Below are positions 1 through 7,780 of a DNA stretch of 20,000 nucleotides, one piece after another. The stretch is taken from the sequence record DRR723986_4205; one strand, given 5' to 3'. How positions within the stretch are numbered: position 1 is the first letter of the stretch; each line of letters opens with the position of its first letter. The translations under genes were made by a program, and so were the position numbers. Under the pieces are notes generated by a model. The model did not search any database, had not been told where the DNA came from, and saw nothing but the letters and a program-made list of their open reading frames with translations.

Positions 1-1
1 G

Positions 2-178
2 CTGGCACCGCCGGAGGAAGCGGAGGCCCTGCTGGAGCGAGTGCATCGGGAGATACCGATGGGCAGTATGGGAGAACCCCTGGACATCGCCAATGGCTGC
101 CTGTTCCTGGCGTCCGACGAGTCAAAATATATGACCGGGTCGGAACTGGTGATCGACGGGGGCTTTACGGCTCACTGA
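2..178 (+). CDS. Short-chain dehydrogenase/reductase (SDR), C-terminal fragment; 5' end lies outside the window
   Basis: Manual translation of frame +2 gives [58 protein letters not shown] with TGA at 176-178. This is the classic SDR C-terminal pattern P-x-G-x-x-G-x-P-x-D-I-A...LFLASD...TG..L.IDGG. Not in the ORF track because it has no start codon in the window. Confidence 0.93.
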   Translation: MAPPEEAEALLERVHREIPMGSMGEPLDIANGCLFLASDESKYMTGSELVIDGGFTAH

Positions 179-587
179 GTCCGGCTGGCAAGCGGCTGCG
201 GGAGTAGACCCGGTGCGCAATCCGCCACCCCTGTTCGGTGCGCACCACCCGGTCGTAATAGGACCCGTGATACAGCTTGGAGCTGTGGTCATCCGCTGCG
301 GGATCTGGCTCCGGGAAAATCCCCCGTGAGCGCAGTTCGACGCCGCCCTCGGTTTCGAGGCAGTACACGTTGACGATCAGGTGCGCCTGGGGGTGCTTGT
401 CGCCCGCAGCGTCCATAAACGACTTGATATCCTCAAGCCCGTTCATGGTGATATTCAGACCGCGCACTTCGAACACGGCGTCCACGGTAAAGATCGTATC
501 GAGCCGCTCCCATGCCCGGTCATCGATGGCATCCCCGTAACGCCCGACCATTTCATGTAACTCGATCTTGTCTTCCAGGCTAAGCAT
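165..587 (-). CDS. NTF2-like / SnoaL-like protein (SnoaL_4 type; possible dehydratase or cyclase)
   Basis: 140 aa with [29 protein letters not shown](L)IVN and [18 protein letters not shown], typical of NTF2/SnoaL proteins. SD-like GGGGAGG (cctcccc on +, 594-600) upstream of the ATG. Confidence 0.85.
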   Translation of the reverse strand: MLSLEDKIELHEMVGRYGDAIDDRAWERLDTIFTVDAVFEVRGLNITMNGLEDIKSFMDAAGDKHPQAHLIVNVYCLETEGGVELRSRGIFPEPDPAADDHSSKLYHGSYYDRVVRTEQGWRIAHRVYSRSRLPAGLSEP

Positions 588-623
588 CCACTACCTCCCC
601 ATTACGCTGCGCAAAATCCCGAA

Positions 624-1421
624 TCAACTGTCCCGGTAGTCAGGAGCGCGTTTTTCCAGGAAAGACATCACTGCTTCCTTGCTGTCTTCGGTCATCATCA
701 ACAGCGTCTGGTGCCGGTCTTCCATCGCCAGCGCTGCGTCCAGGCTACCGGCATCAACGGCATAGTTAAGCGCTTCCTTGGTCAGGCGCAAACCCATCGG
801 CGAGGTCCTTAGCAAATCGTCAATGAACGCGTTCGCCGCCCCTTCCAGACTCGCGTCAGCCACCACTTCCGATACCAGGTTCACCGCCAGCGCCCGGGGC
901 GCATGAATGAAGCGCCCGGTCATCAGCAATTCCGAGGCAACCGAGGTGCCGACCAGGCGCGGCAGGAAATAACTGCTGCCCATATCCGCCCCGGTCAGCC
1001 CGATCTTGATATAGGCCGCATTCATCCGCGCGGACTCACCGGCAATACGAATATCCGAGGCCAGCGCGAGACTGAAACCACCGCCGCAGGCCGCCCCCTG
1101 AACAAGGGCAATGATCGGTTGCGGGCAGCGCCGCATGGCGCGGTAGATATCGCTGATCCGCCGCTGCATACGCCAAACATTGTGCGGCGTCCGGCTGGTA
1201 TCATCGAAGCCACCGGCGGCGAGATCCGCACCAGCGCAGAAATTGCGGCCGTTGGCCCGCAGCACCACGACCCGCACTGCGTGATTGTTGCGCAGCCCTT
1301 CAAAGTATCCCAGCAGCGCGTCTATGAGCGCCTCGTTCAGTGCATTACTGGCATCGGGGCGGTTCATGGTGACCCAGTCGACCTGCCCGCGACTCTCTAT
1401 CAACAGTACCTCGTCCGTCAT
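624..1421 (-). CDS. Enoyl-CoA hydratase/isomerase (crotonase family)
   Basis: Motifs MNRPDASNAL, FCAGADL, PIIALVQGAACGGGFSLALASDIRIA, GSSYFLPRLVG and FLEKRAP. Start moved to ATG 1421 (MTDEVLL), which follows GGAGG and sits 1 nt after the upstream TGA (1423-1425). Confidence 0.93.
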   Translation of the reverse strand: MTDEVLLIESRGQVDWVTMNRPDASNALNEALIDALLGYFEGLRNNHAVRVVVLRANGRNFCAGADLAAGGFDDTSRTPHNVWRMQRRISDIYRAMRRCPQPIIALVQGAACGGGFSLALASDIRIAGESARMNAAYIKIGLTGADMGSSYFLPRLVGTSVASELLMTGRFIHAPRALAVNLVSEVVADASLEGAANAFIDDLLRTSPMGLRLTKEALNYAVDAGSLDAALAMEDRHQTLLMMTEDSKEAVMSFLEKRAPDYRDS

Positions 1422-1422
1422 C

Positions 1423-1899
1423 TCAGCGTCCTCCCCCCTGCGCGTGCAATTGCTCACAATAACGTTTCAGCCCGTAACCGCAGCGGTTGAAGCCCTCTTC
1501 AACCGCCTTACCAAGCCCCTCAAGCATGGCAGCCATCGCCTCGCCACTGAATTCGTCCACCGACACGTAACGGGTTGTGCTGTCGTCGAGCGCTTGCAGG
1601 TATTGGGTACGCACGGCGTGAATAGGGTCGCCAGGCGCGGTGTTCATTTTCCACGCTATCGCCTGCGGCGGGTCGATCCGGCAGATGTACTCCACCTGCT
1701 CCTGCAGGCCAGCGCCCAGATCCACCTGCATCTTGATTGGGGAGCCAATCTCCAACCGGGCCTCACAACTGGGGCAGAAACTGTTCCATGCGCTGTAGTT
1801 GGCGAAATCCACCAACACCTCCCAGACCAGCTCGATTGGCGCCTGGATATCGATCTCGTCCGAACTGACGGTGTCCGCTGTTATCACGTTATTTTTCAC
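1423..1899 (-). CDS. SRPBCC / START-like (polyketide cyclase/dehydrase) ligand-binding protein
   Basis: EIDIQAPIELVWEVLVDFANYSAWNSF and a C-terminal helix (GFNRCGYGLKRYCE) typical of SRPBCC proteins. Start uncertain: GTG 1899 chosen; TTG 1923 and GTG 1887 are alternatives. Confidence 0.82.
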   Translation of the reverse strand: MKNNVITADTVSSDEIDIQAPIELVWEVLVDFANYSAWNSFCPSCEARLEIGSPIKMQVDLGAGLQEQVEYICRIDPPQAIAWKMNTAPGDPIHAVRTQYLQALDDSTTRYVSVDEFSGEAMAAMLEGLGKAVEEGFNRCGYGLKRYCEQLHAQGGGR

Positions 1900-1939
1900 C
1901 CGGGTGACTGATTCAGTGCGCAATAATGTACCACCTGAG

Positions 1940-1970
1940 CTGACAGCACCGCAGCCCGCCTCGCTATAAT
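1940..1970 (+). promoter_or_regulatory. Putative sigma70-family promoter for the monooxygenase
   Basis: Perfect TATAAT at 1965-1970, about 45 nt upstream of the start codon. The -35-like CTGACA at 1940-1945 gives a long 19-nt spacer. Confidence 0.4.
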
Positions 1971-2015
1971 CGGGATTGGTACACCATATCGACTGGCAAA
2001 CAGGGGAATCGGGTG

Positions 2016-3485
2016 ATGGAGAACGATAAACGGGTGGTCGTACTGGGCGCCGGCATGGCCGGAATCCTCGCCGGCATCAAGCTGCTCCAGGCGGGCTACC
2101 AGAGCCTGGCCATTTATGAAAAGGCCGATCGGGTTGGCGGTACCTGGCGCGAAAACACCTACCCCGGTCTCACCTGTGACGTGCCGTCACACCATTACAC
2201 CTACAGCTTCGAACGCAACCCTGACTGGACCAGGCATCTGCCGCCGGGCCCGGAAGTACAGGCCTACTTCGAGCGTACCGCGGACAAGTACGGGGTCACC
2301 GAACGCATTCAGTTCAACGAGGAGGCGCGTAGCGCCCGCTTTGAAGACGGCCGCTGGCAGCTGGAGTTCAACAGTGGCCACAGCGACGTGGCCGATATCG
2401 TAATCGCCGCCACCGGTGTGCTGCACCACCCCAGCTACCCGACGATCGCCGGTATGGACAGTTTCAAGGGACACTTGTTTCACAGCGCCCGCTGGGATCA
2501 CAGCGTCGACCTGTCCGACAAGCGCATCGGCATCATCGGCAACGGCTCAACGGGTGTGCAGATCATCTCCGCCCTGGCAGGCAAGGTAGCCCATATCACT
2601 CATTTCCAACGGACGGCCCAGTGGATCATGCCGGTAGAGAACGGCTACTTCAGCGAAGAAGAGCGGGCGGCCTTCCACGACCCTGCGGTCCTGAACGCGG
2701 CGATGAGATTCGAGGAATACGACGCGGCGGTGGAACGTTACACCAGCGCCATTACCGATATCGAATCAGAGGGTGCGCAGGAAATGGCCGCCGCCTGCCT
2801 GGCCAATCTGGAACAGAGCGTGGCCGACCCGGTGCTGCGTGAGAAGCTGCGCCCCGACCACCGCCCGCTGTGCAAGCGGCTCATTTTCTCGCCGGATTAT
2901 TACCAGGCGATCCAGCATCCGGACGCATCCCTGGTCACCGGCGACATACGCGCTATCGAGGCCGGGGGTATCCGCACCGAGGACGGCGTACTGCACGAGC
3001 TGGATGTTATCGTTCTGGCCACCGGATTTCGCAGCGACAGTTTCATGCGCCCGATGGACATTACCGGGCGGGATGGGGCCAGTCTGGAGACACTTTGGGC
3101 GGACCACCCCAAGGCCTATCTCGCGATCAGCATGCCGGGCTTCCCTAACTTTTTCATGCTTAACGGCCCAAACGGCCCGGTCGGGAACTTCTCACTGATT
3201 GATATCGCCGAGCACCAGTGGCGTTACATCGAGCAACTACTGGCCAAACTGGGCAGCGGCGAGCTTAGTGAAATCGAACCCAGTTCTGAAGCACTGCAAG
3301 CCTTCGAATCAGAGCGGGTCGCAGCGGCGAAAAAAACCGTCTGGTACCTTGGTGGCTGCACCAGCTGGTACCTCGATAAGGATGGCATCCCCGCCAGCTG
3401 GCCCTGGAATTTCTCTCGTTTCACCCGCGAAATGAGCGAACCGAAATGGGACTGTTTCGTTACCCGCACCGGATCAACCGTCTGA
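2016..3485 (+). CDS. Flavin-containing monooxygenase, Baeyer-Villiger monooxygenase (BVMO) type
   Basis: Two Rossmann motifs (GAGMAG, GNGSTG), GGTWRENTYPGLTCDVP, BVMO fingerprint FxGxxxHxxxW (FKGHLFHSARW) and ATGF. Start ATG 2016 or adjacent GTG 2013. Confidence 0.93.
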   Translation: MENDKRVVVLGAGMAGILAGIKLLQAGYQSLAIYEKADRVGGTWRENTYPGLTCDVPSHHYTYSFERNPDWTRHLPPGPEVQAYFERTADKYGVTERIQFNEEARSARFEDGRWQLEFNSGHSDVADIVIAATGVLHHPSYPTIAGMDSFKGHLFHSARWDHSVDLSDKRIGIIGNGSTGVQIISALAGKVAHITHFQRTAQWIMPVENGYFSEEERAAFHDPAVLNAAMRFEEYDAAVERYTSAITDIESEGAQEMAAACLANLEQSVADPVLREKLRPDHRPLCKRLIFSPDYYQAIQHPDASLVTGDIRAIEAGGIRTEDGVLHELDVIVLATGFRSDSFMRPMDITGRDGASLETLWADHPKAYLAISMPGFPNFFMLNGPNGPVGNFSLIDIAEHQWRYIEQLLAKLGSGELSEIEPSSEALQAFESERVAAAKKTVWYLGGCTSWYLDKDGIPASWPWNFSRFTREMSEPKWDCFVTRTGSTV

Positions 3486-3991
3486 TGTGGCAGTTCCGCG
3501 GCGGCGATCGGCCCGACTTCGCGATCGAACCGGGGCCGGGCCAGGAGTCGGTATGGGACTACCCCCGACCGCCCGCTATTGTGGCCTGTCAGCGACAGGT
3601 GCTGGTCATGGCCCAGGGGCAGATCATCGCCGACAGTCGCCGAGCCTGCCGGGTCCTGGAAACCGCCAGCCCACCGACGTTCTATATTCCCCCAGAAGAT
3701 GTTGACTTCACCCTGCTGGCAGACGCTCCGGGCAGCTCATTCTGCGAATGGAAAGGCCGGGCAAACTACTACGCGCTCGCTGGCGGCGGGCCGGTAGTTG
3801 GCTGGCAATACCGTGAGCCAAGCGCAGATTTCAGGGAGCTCGCGGGCTATCTGTCCTTCTACCCCGGCAGGGTGAGCTGCCAGGTCGACGGCGAGCAGGT
3901 GCGCCCGCAGGCAGGCGATTTTTACGGCGGCTGGGTAACTGACGACATCGCAGGCCCGTTCAAGGGCGACCCCGGAACCGGTCACTGGTAA
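3485..3991 (+). CDS. DUF427 domain protein
   Basis: ESVWDYPRPP, RVLETASPPTFYIP, SFCEWKG.A.YY and QAGDFYGGWVT..I.GPFKG.PGT are characteristic of DUF427 proteins. ATG 3485 overlaps the BVMO stop (TGATG). Confidence 0.85.
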   Translation: MWQFRGGDRPDFAIEPGPGQESVWDYPRPPAIVACQRQVLVMAQGQIIADSRRACRVLETASPPTFYIPPEDVDFTLLADAPGSSFCEWKGRANYYALAGGGPVVGWQYREPSADFRELAGYLSFYPGRVSCQVDGEQVRPQAGDFYGGWVTDDIAGPFKGDPGTGHW

Positions 3992-4077
3992 AAATTTCCC
4001 CAGAGCACGAGCATCCGATTTGATTTTCCGCTACGCTCCGGCTCCCCGACAACGCAACAACCCAAGGAGATCTTCCA

Positions 4078-4449
4078 TTGATCGGCTATGTAACAATTGG
4101 TGTCAGCGACATGGCTAAAGCCAAAACTTTCTACACAGAACTGCTGTCTGAGCTCGGCGCCTCGGTGCTGGTGGACATGGACCGCATCGCCTTCATCGGC
4201 AAGAGCATGGATGCCCCCATGCTGGCGGTTTGCGTTCCCTACAATGAAGAACCGGCCCACGCCGGCAACGGCAATATGCTGGCGCTCAATCCGGGCTCCA
4301 AGGAAGCGGTCGATGCCATGTACCACAAGGCGATTGCTCTCGGTGCCAGCTGTGACGGCGAGCCCGGCCAGCGTATACCAGACATGTTCTACGGCGCCTA
4401 TGTCCGCGATCCGGACGGGAACAAGATCGCCTTCTACCAGTTCGGCTAA
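4078..4449 (+). CDS. VOC family (glyoxalase/bleomycin resistance) protein
   Basis: MIGYVTIGVSDM..AK.FY, GNG.MLAL, VDAMY.KAIALGASCDGEPG and FYGAYVRDPDGNKI. TTG start preceded by the strong SD AAGGAG at 4064-4069. Confidence 0.9.
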   Translation: MIGYVTIGVSDMAKAKTFYTELLSELGASVLVDMDRIAFIGKSMDAPMLAVCVPYNEEPAHAGNGNMLALNPGSKEAVDAMYHKAIALGASCDGEPGQRIPDMFYGAYVRDPDGNKIAFYQFG

Positions 4450-4456
4450 ACACGCC

Positions 4457-4479
4457 GGTGGGGCCTCCCCGGCCCCACC
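4457..4479 (+). terminator. GC-rich hairpin after the VOC gene, possible terminator or mRNA-stabilising stem
   Basis: Perfect 9-bp stem GGTGGGGCC (4457-4465) / GGCCCCACC (4471-4479) with a 5-nt loop, 7 nt after the stop. No good U-tract. Confidence 0.45.
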
Positions 4480-4546
4480 CACTTCCGCGACCGGCCGATT
4501 TTGCGTGGGCAGTGACGATCCTTGAACCAGGCTGGCCAATCTCTGT

Positions 4547-4575
4547 TTGTTTCACGACATACCATCCCGTAAGTT
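4547..4575 (+). promoter_or_regulatory. Possible sigma70 promoter for the carboxyltransferase gene
   Basis: TTGTTT-N17-TAAGTT about 30 nt upstream of ATG 4606; weak consensus match. Confidence 0.25.
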
Positions 4576-4605
4576 GAGTGCTGGAACGAGACAGCGGGTA
4601 GGCCT

Positions 4606-6093
4606 ATGACTGGCTATCGACAAGGTTGGGAACAGCTACTGGCGGAGCTGGCGCAGCGTACGGCGAGCGCCGAAGCCATGGGCGGCGCAGAGAAGATCGC
4701 GCGCCAACACCAGCAGGGGCGGCTCACAGCCCGGGAACGAATCGCCGGCCTCTGCGATACCGGCAGTTTTAATGAGTACGGCGCATTGGCCGGCGGCAAT
4801 CATCCGGGTGGGGAGGCGCCGCTGCCAGCGGATGCCCTGGTTGCCGGCGTCGGCCGGATCGATGGACGCCCTGTAGCCCTGCTGGCTGAGGATTTCACGG
4901 TCAAAGGCGGGTCTATAGGTCACCCCAACGCCGCCAAACGCGCCCGACTGGTGCGCCTCGCACTGGAGCAGCAAATCCCCCTCGTCCTGATGCTCGACGG
5001 CGCCGGTGAGCGCGCCGGCAACCAGGCTGAGCGCTATCCCAATGCCCCCGGAGACCTGCAGCTGGTTGCCGACCTCAAGGGACAGGTCCCGGTAGTGACC
5101 CTCGTGCTGGGGACATCCGCTGGGCATGGGGCCCTGACCGGCATGTTCGCAGACCTGATTATCATGTCGGCCGGCGCCACCCTGTTTACCGCCGGGCCTC
5201 CCCTGGTGAAGGCGGCCCTCGGTATCGAGACGACCCCCGAGGCTCTGGGTAACGCGGTCATGCATACCGGCGCTAGCGGCGTGGCACACCAGCTGGGCCA
5301 GACCGAGCAGGATTGCCTGGCGATGGCACGCTACTTCTTATCCCTGCTGCCCACGCGCAGCGGCGAAGCGCTGCCCGACTACCGGGGCAGCGCCGACTGC
5401 GAGCCGCGAGCGATCGACGGCCTGCTGGATATTATTCCCCCGGAAGTAAACCAGCCCTACGACATGCACCGGGTGCTGGCGCTGCTGGTCGACAAGGACA
5501 GCCTGTTTGAGTTGCAGCCGGACTACGGCCGCAATCTGGTCGTGGCCCTGTGCAGGATCGGCGGCCGCCCCTGCCTGCTACTGGCCAATCAACCGGCCCG
5601 GCAGGCAGGCGCTATCACCAGTGAGGCCGCCGAGAAAGCGGCCCATTTCATCGAGGTGGCGCACGCCTTTGGCCTGCCGCTGGTATCGCTGCTGGACAAC
5701 CCAGGCGTGATGCCCGGGCCAGATGCGGAACGCGGTGGGGTGTTGAAATCTGCGGCCCGGATGTTCGCTGCCCAGCGCCGCTACCGTGGCACCAAGATCG
5801 TGGTGACCTTGCGCAAGGCTTTCGGCTTTGGCAGTTCGGTGATGGGCATGAACCCATGGGATCGACAGGCTATCAGCCTCGCCCTGCCCACGGTGAGCCT
5901 CGGCGGTGTACCCGCCATTGGCGGCGCCCAGGCCGCCGGGGCCAGTGAAGAAGCGGCCGCTAAAATGCGTGAGCTTCAGTCCGGGGCGTGGATCCCGGCG
6001 GATGCGATGGCCTTCGACAAGGTCATCGATCCGCGCCAACTGCGCAACGAAATCATTCTCGCGCTGCGCCTGACCGAACCCGAATCCGGCTAG
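4606..6093 (+). CDS. Acyl-CoA carboxylase carboxyltransferase (beta) subunit / carboxyl transferase domain protein
   Basis: MGGAEKIARQHQQGRLTARERI, G.GRIDGRPV, DFTVKGGSIG, LFTAGPPLVKAALG, LLANQP, AAEKAAHFI, DNPGVMPGPDAE.GG and LRKAFG: both CT domains present. Confidence 0.92.
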   Translation: MTGYRQGWEQLLAELAQRTASAEAMGGAEKIARQHQQGRLTARERIAGLCDTGSFNEYGALAGGNHPGGEAPLPADALVAGVGRIDGRPVALLAEDFTVKGGSIGHPNAAKRARLVRLALEQQIPLVLMLDGAGERAGNQAERYPNAPGDLQLVADLKGQVPVVTLVLGTSAGHGALTGMFADLIIMSAGATLFTAGPPLVKAALGIETTPEALGNAVMHTGASGVAHQLGQTEQDCLAMARYFLSLLPTRSGEALPDYRGSADCEPRAIDGLLDIIPPEVNQPYDMHRVLALLVDKDSLFELQPDYGRNLVVALCRIGGRPCLLLANQPARQAGAITSEAAEKAAHFIEVAHAFGLPLVSLLDNPGVMPGPDAERGGVLKSAARMFAAQRRYRGTKIVVTLRKAFGFGSSVMGMNPWDRQAISLALPTVSLGGVPAIGGAQAAGASEEAAAKMRELQSGAWIPADAMAFDKVIDPRQLRNEIILALRLTEPESG

Positions 6094-6296
6094 CGACCGT
6101 CCCGGGCGGGCGTTGCCTTAGGCTTGGCCAGGCTGGGCTGGCCGCTGATCCCGGACTCGATCACATCGATCTTGTTGCCGGACTTGAGAAAGGCCTGGAC
6201 CTGCTCCTGGATGGACTCGGAGGTTTCAACGGCTGCCGGCGCTTTCTTCTTGGAAGTGCGGTGAGTAAGAGGGGAACGCTTGGGTTTCGCTGGCAT
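6090..6296 (-). CDS. Small basic protein with a SutA-like RNA polymerase-binding motif
   Basis: 68 aa, SD AAGGA upstream, fills an otherwise empty gap. The core IQEQVQAFLKSGNKIDVIESGISG resembles the SutA core (…MEEFLSRGGKVQEIE…, recalled from memory). Confidence 0.7.
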   Translation of the reverse strand: MPAKPKRSPLTHRTSKKKAPAAVETSESIQEQVQAFLKSGNKIDVIESGISGQPSLAKPKATPARDGR

Positions 6297-6465
6297 GAAG
6301 TTTCCTTACTGTGACGGGAAAACCGCCTAGTATACACCAACCGCTCTCCCGATGTGCAATTTGTTGCAGCCTCCGCCCTGTAAACCGTCTGGAAAAGCAC
6401 TGGCGAGATCCATGCAGGCTTAACTACACTGCATCTACGACCAGCCAATGGAAGGCACCTGTCAC

Positions 6466-7749
6466 ATGGATCTGACTCTCTCTCGCAACGCCGCTGCACG
6501 CTTTGGCACCGGCAGTCTGATGTATTTCGCCCAGGGCCTGCCGCGAGGGCTGCTTGGCATCGCGATGCCAACCTGGCTGGCGGCACAGGGAGTGAGCGCC
6601 TCCGAGATTGCCTCCTACCTCGCCATCATAATTCTCCCCTGGGTCTTCAAACTGCTCAGCGGACCACTCATGGACCGCTACCAATTCCTGCCCATGGGTC
6701 GCCGCCGCCCATGGGTGCTGGGCGCACAGCTGGGCCTGACCCTGAGCCTGCTGGCCCTGCTGCTGATCGACAATCCCGCCGAGCAGATTGGCCTGCTGAT
6801 GCTGTGCGGCGTGCTGATCAACATATTTGCCGCCACCCAGGACGTTGCGGTGGACGGCATGGCTATCGAACTGGTCCCCGAGCAGGAACAGGGTCGGCTC
6901 AATGCCTTCATGAGCTTCGGCAAGGCCATCGGCTGGGCTTCGAGCTCCGCAGTATCCGGGGTCATGCTGGTGACCTGGGGGCTGGGCCCTACCGCGATCC
7001 TCGCAGCGATCGTCGCCGGACTGATCCTGCTTGCTGTGCTGTTTGTTCGCGAGCGCGAGGGCGAGCGCCTGCTGCCCTGGTCGCGAGGCGAGGCCGCTAC
7101 GGTTGCAGCAGAAGACCGTTCGTTTACCAGCGTATTCCGTGGACTGAACAGCGTGCTTTGGACCCGGGTCAGCATTGTCGTGCTGCTCATCATGTTTTTC
7201 GACGGCCTGGTGGCTGGCTACGGCCATGCCCTGATGCCGATTGCCGCAGTCAAGCTGTTCGGGTTCACCACGCCTGAGTGGTCCCAGCTGGTCGCAAGCA
7301 TGGGGCTGGTCGGGGCGGTGCTCTCGCTGGCCATCGGTCCGCTGATCGATCGTTTTGGCGCCAAGCGCATGCTGCTGTTCACTGTCTCATTGGTAGCGGT
7401 ACACGCCTTCGTGCTCGCCCAGACCCAGCACCTGTGGCAGGACACAAGCTATGTTCGGGTAATGCTATCGATCTGGGTTTTGATGGAGCCGATAACCATG
7501 GTCTGCGCGATAGCCCTGGCCATGGCCATCTGCTCGGCACAGGTCTCAGCCACCCAGTTCGCCATTTACATGTCGGCAGCCAATTTGGGGGCGTCGGTAG
7601 GCTCCAAGGCCTATGGCATGGTCGCGGAGCAAACTACCTACGTGGAAAACTACCTGCTGCTGGGCGCCTTCGTCCTGATCAGCCTTGGCGCTGTATTCCT
7701 CCACCGCAATCCGGCACCGGCGGCGCCCGCCAGCGAAGCTGCGCATTAG
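6466..7749 (+). CDS. MFS transporter, AmpG/RhtX/FptX (peptide-acetyl-CoA transporter) family
   Basis: Roughly 12 hydrophobic segments with LMYFAQGLP.G, LPWVFKLLSGPLMDR, GRRRPW, FAATQDVAVDG and SATQFAIYMS..NLG. Start ATG 6466 follows GGAAGG; ATG 6448 is an alternative. Confidence 0.88.
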   Translation: MDLTLSRNAAARFGTGSLMYFAQGLPRGLLGIAMPTWLAAQGVSASEIASYLAIIILPWVFKLLSGPLMDRYQFLPMGRRRPWVLGAQLGLTLSLLALLLIDNPAEQIGLLMLCGVLINIFAATQDVAVDGMAIELVPEQEQGRLNAFMSFGKAIGWASSSAVSGVMLVTWGLGPTAILAAIVAGLILLAVLFVREREGERLLPWSRGEAATVAAEDRSFTSVFRGLNSVLWTRVSIVVLLIMFFDGLVAGYGHALMPIAAVKLFGFTTPEWSQLVASMGLVGAVLSLAIGPLIDRFGAKRMLLFTVSLVAVHAFVLAQTQHLWQDTSYVRVMLSIWVLMEPITMVCAIALAMAICSAQVSATQFAIYMSAANLGASVGSKAYGMVAEQTTYVENYLLLGAFVLISLGAVFLHRNPAPAAPASEAAH

Positions 7750-7780
7750 GCGGCAGCTGCCGCCGCCCGGGGACGGGTGC

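Noticed and set aside
4078-4080. VOC gene as a pseudogene because it lacks an ATG
   Set aside because: The TTG start has a strong, well-spaced AAGGAG and the ORF is full length and intact.
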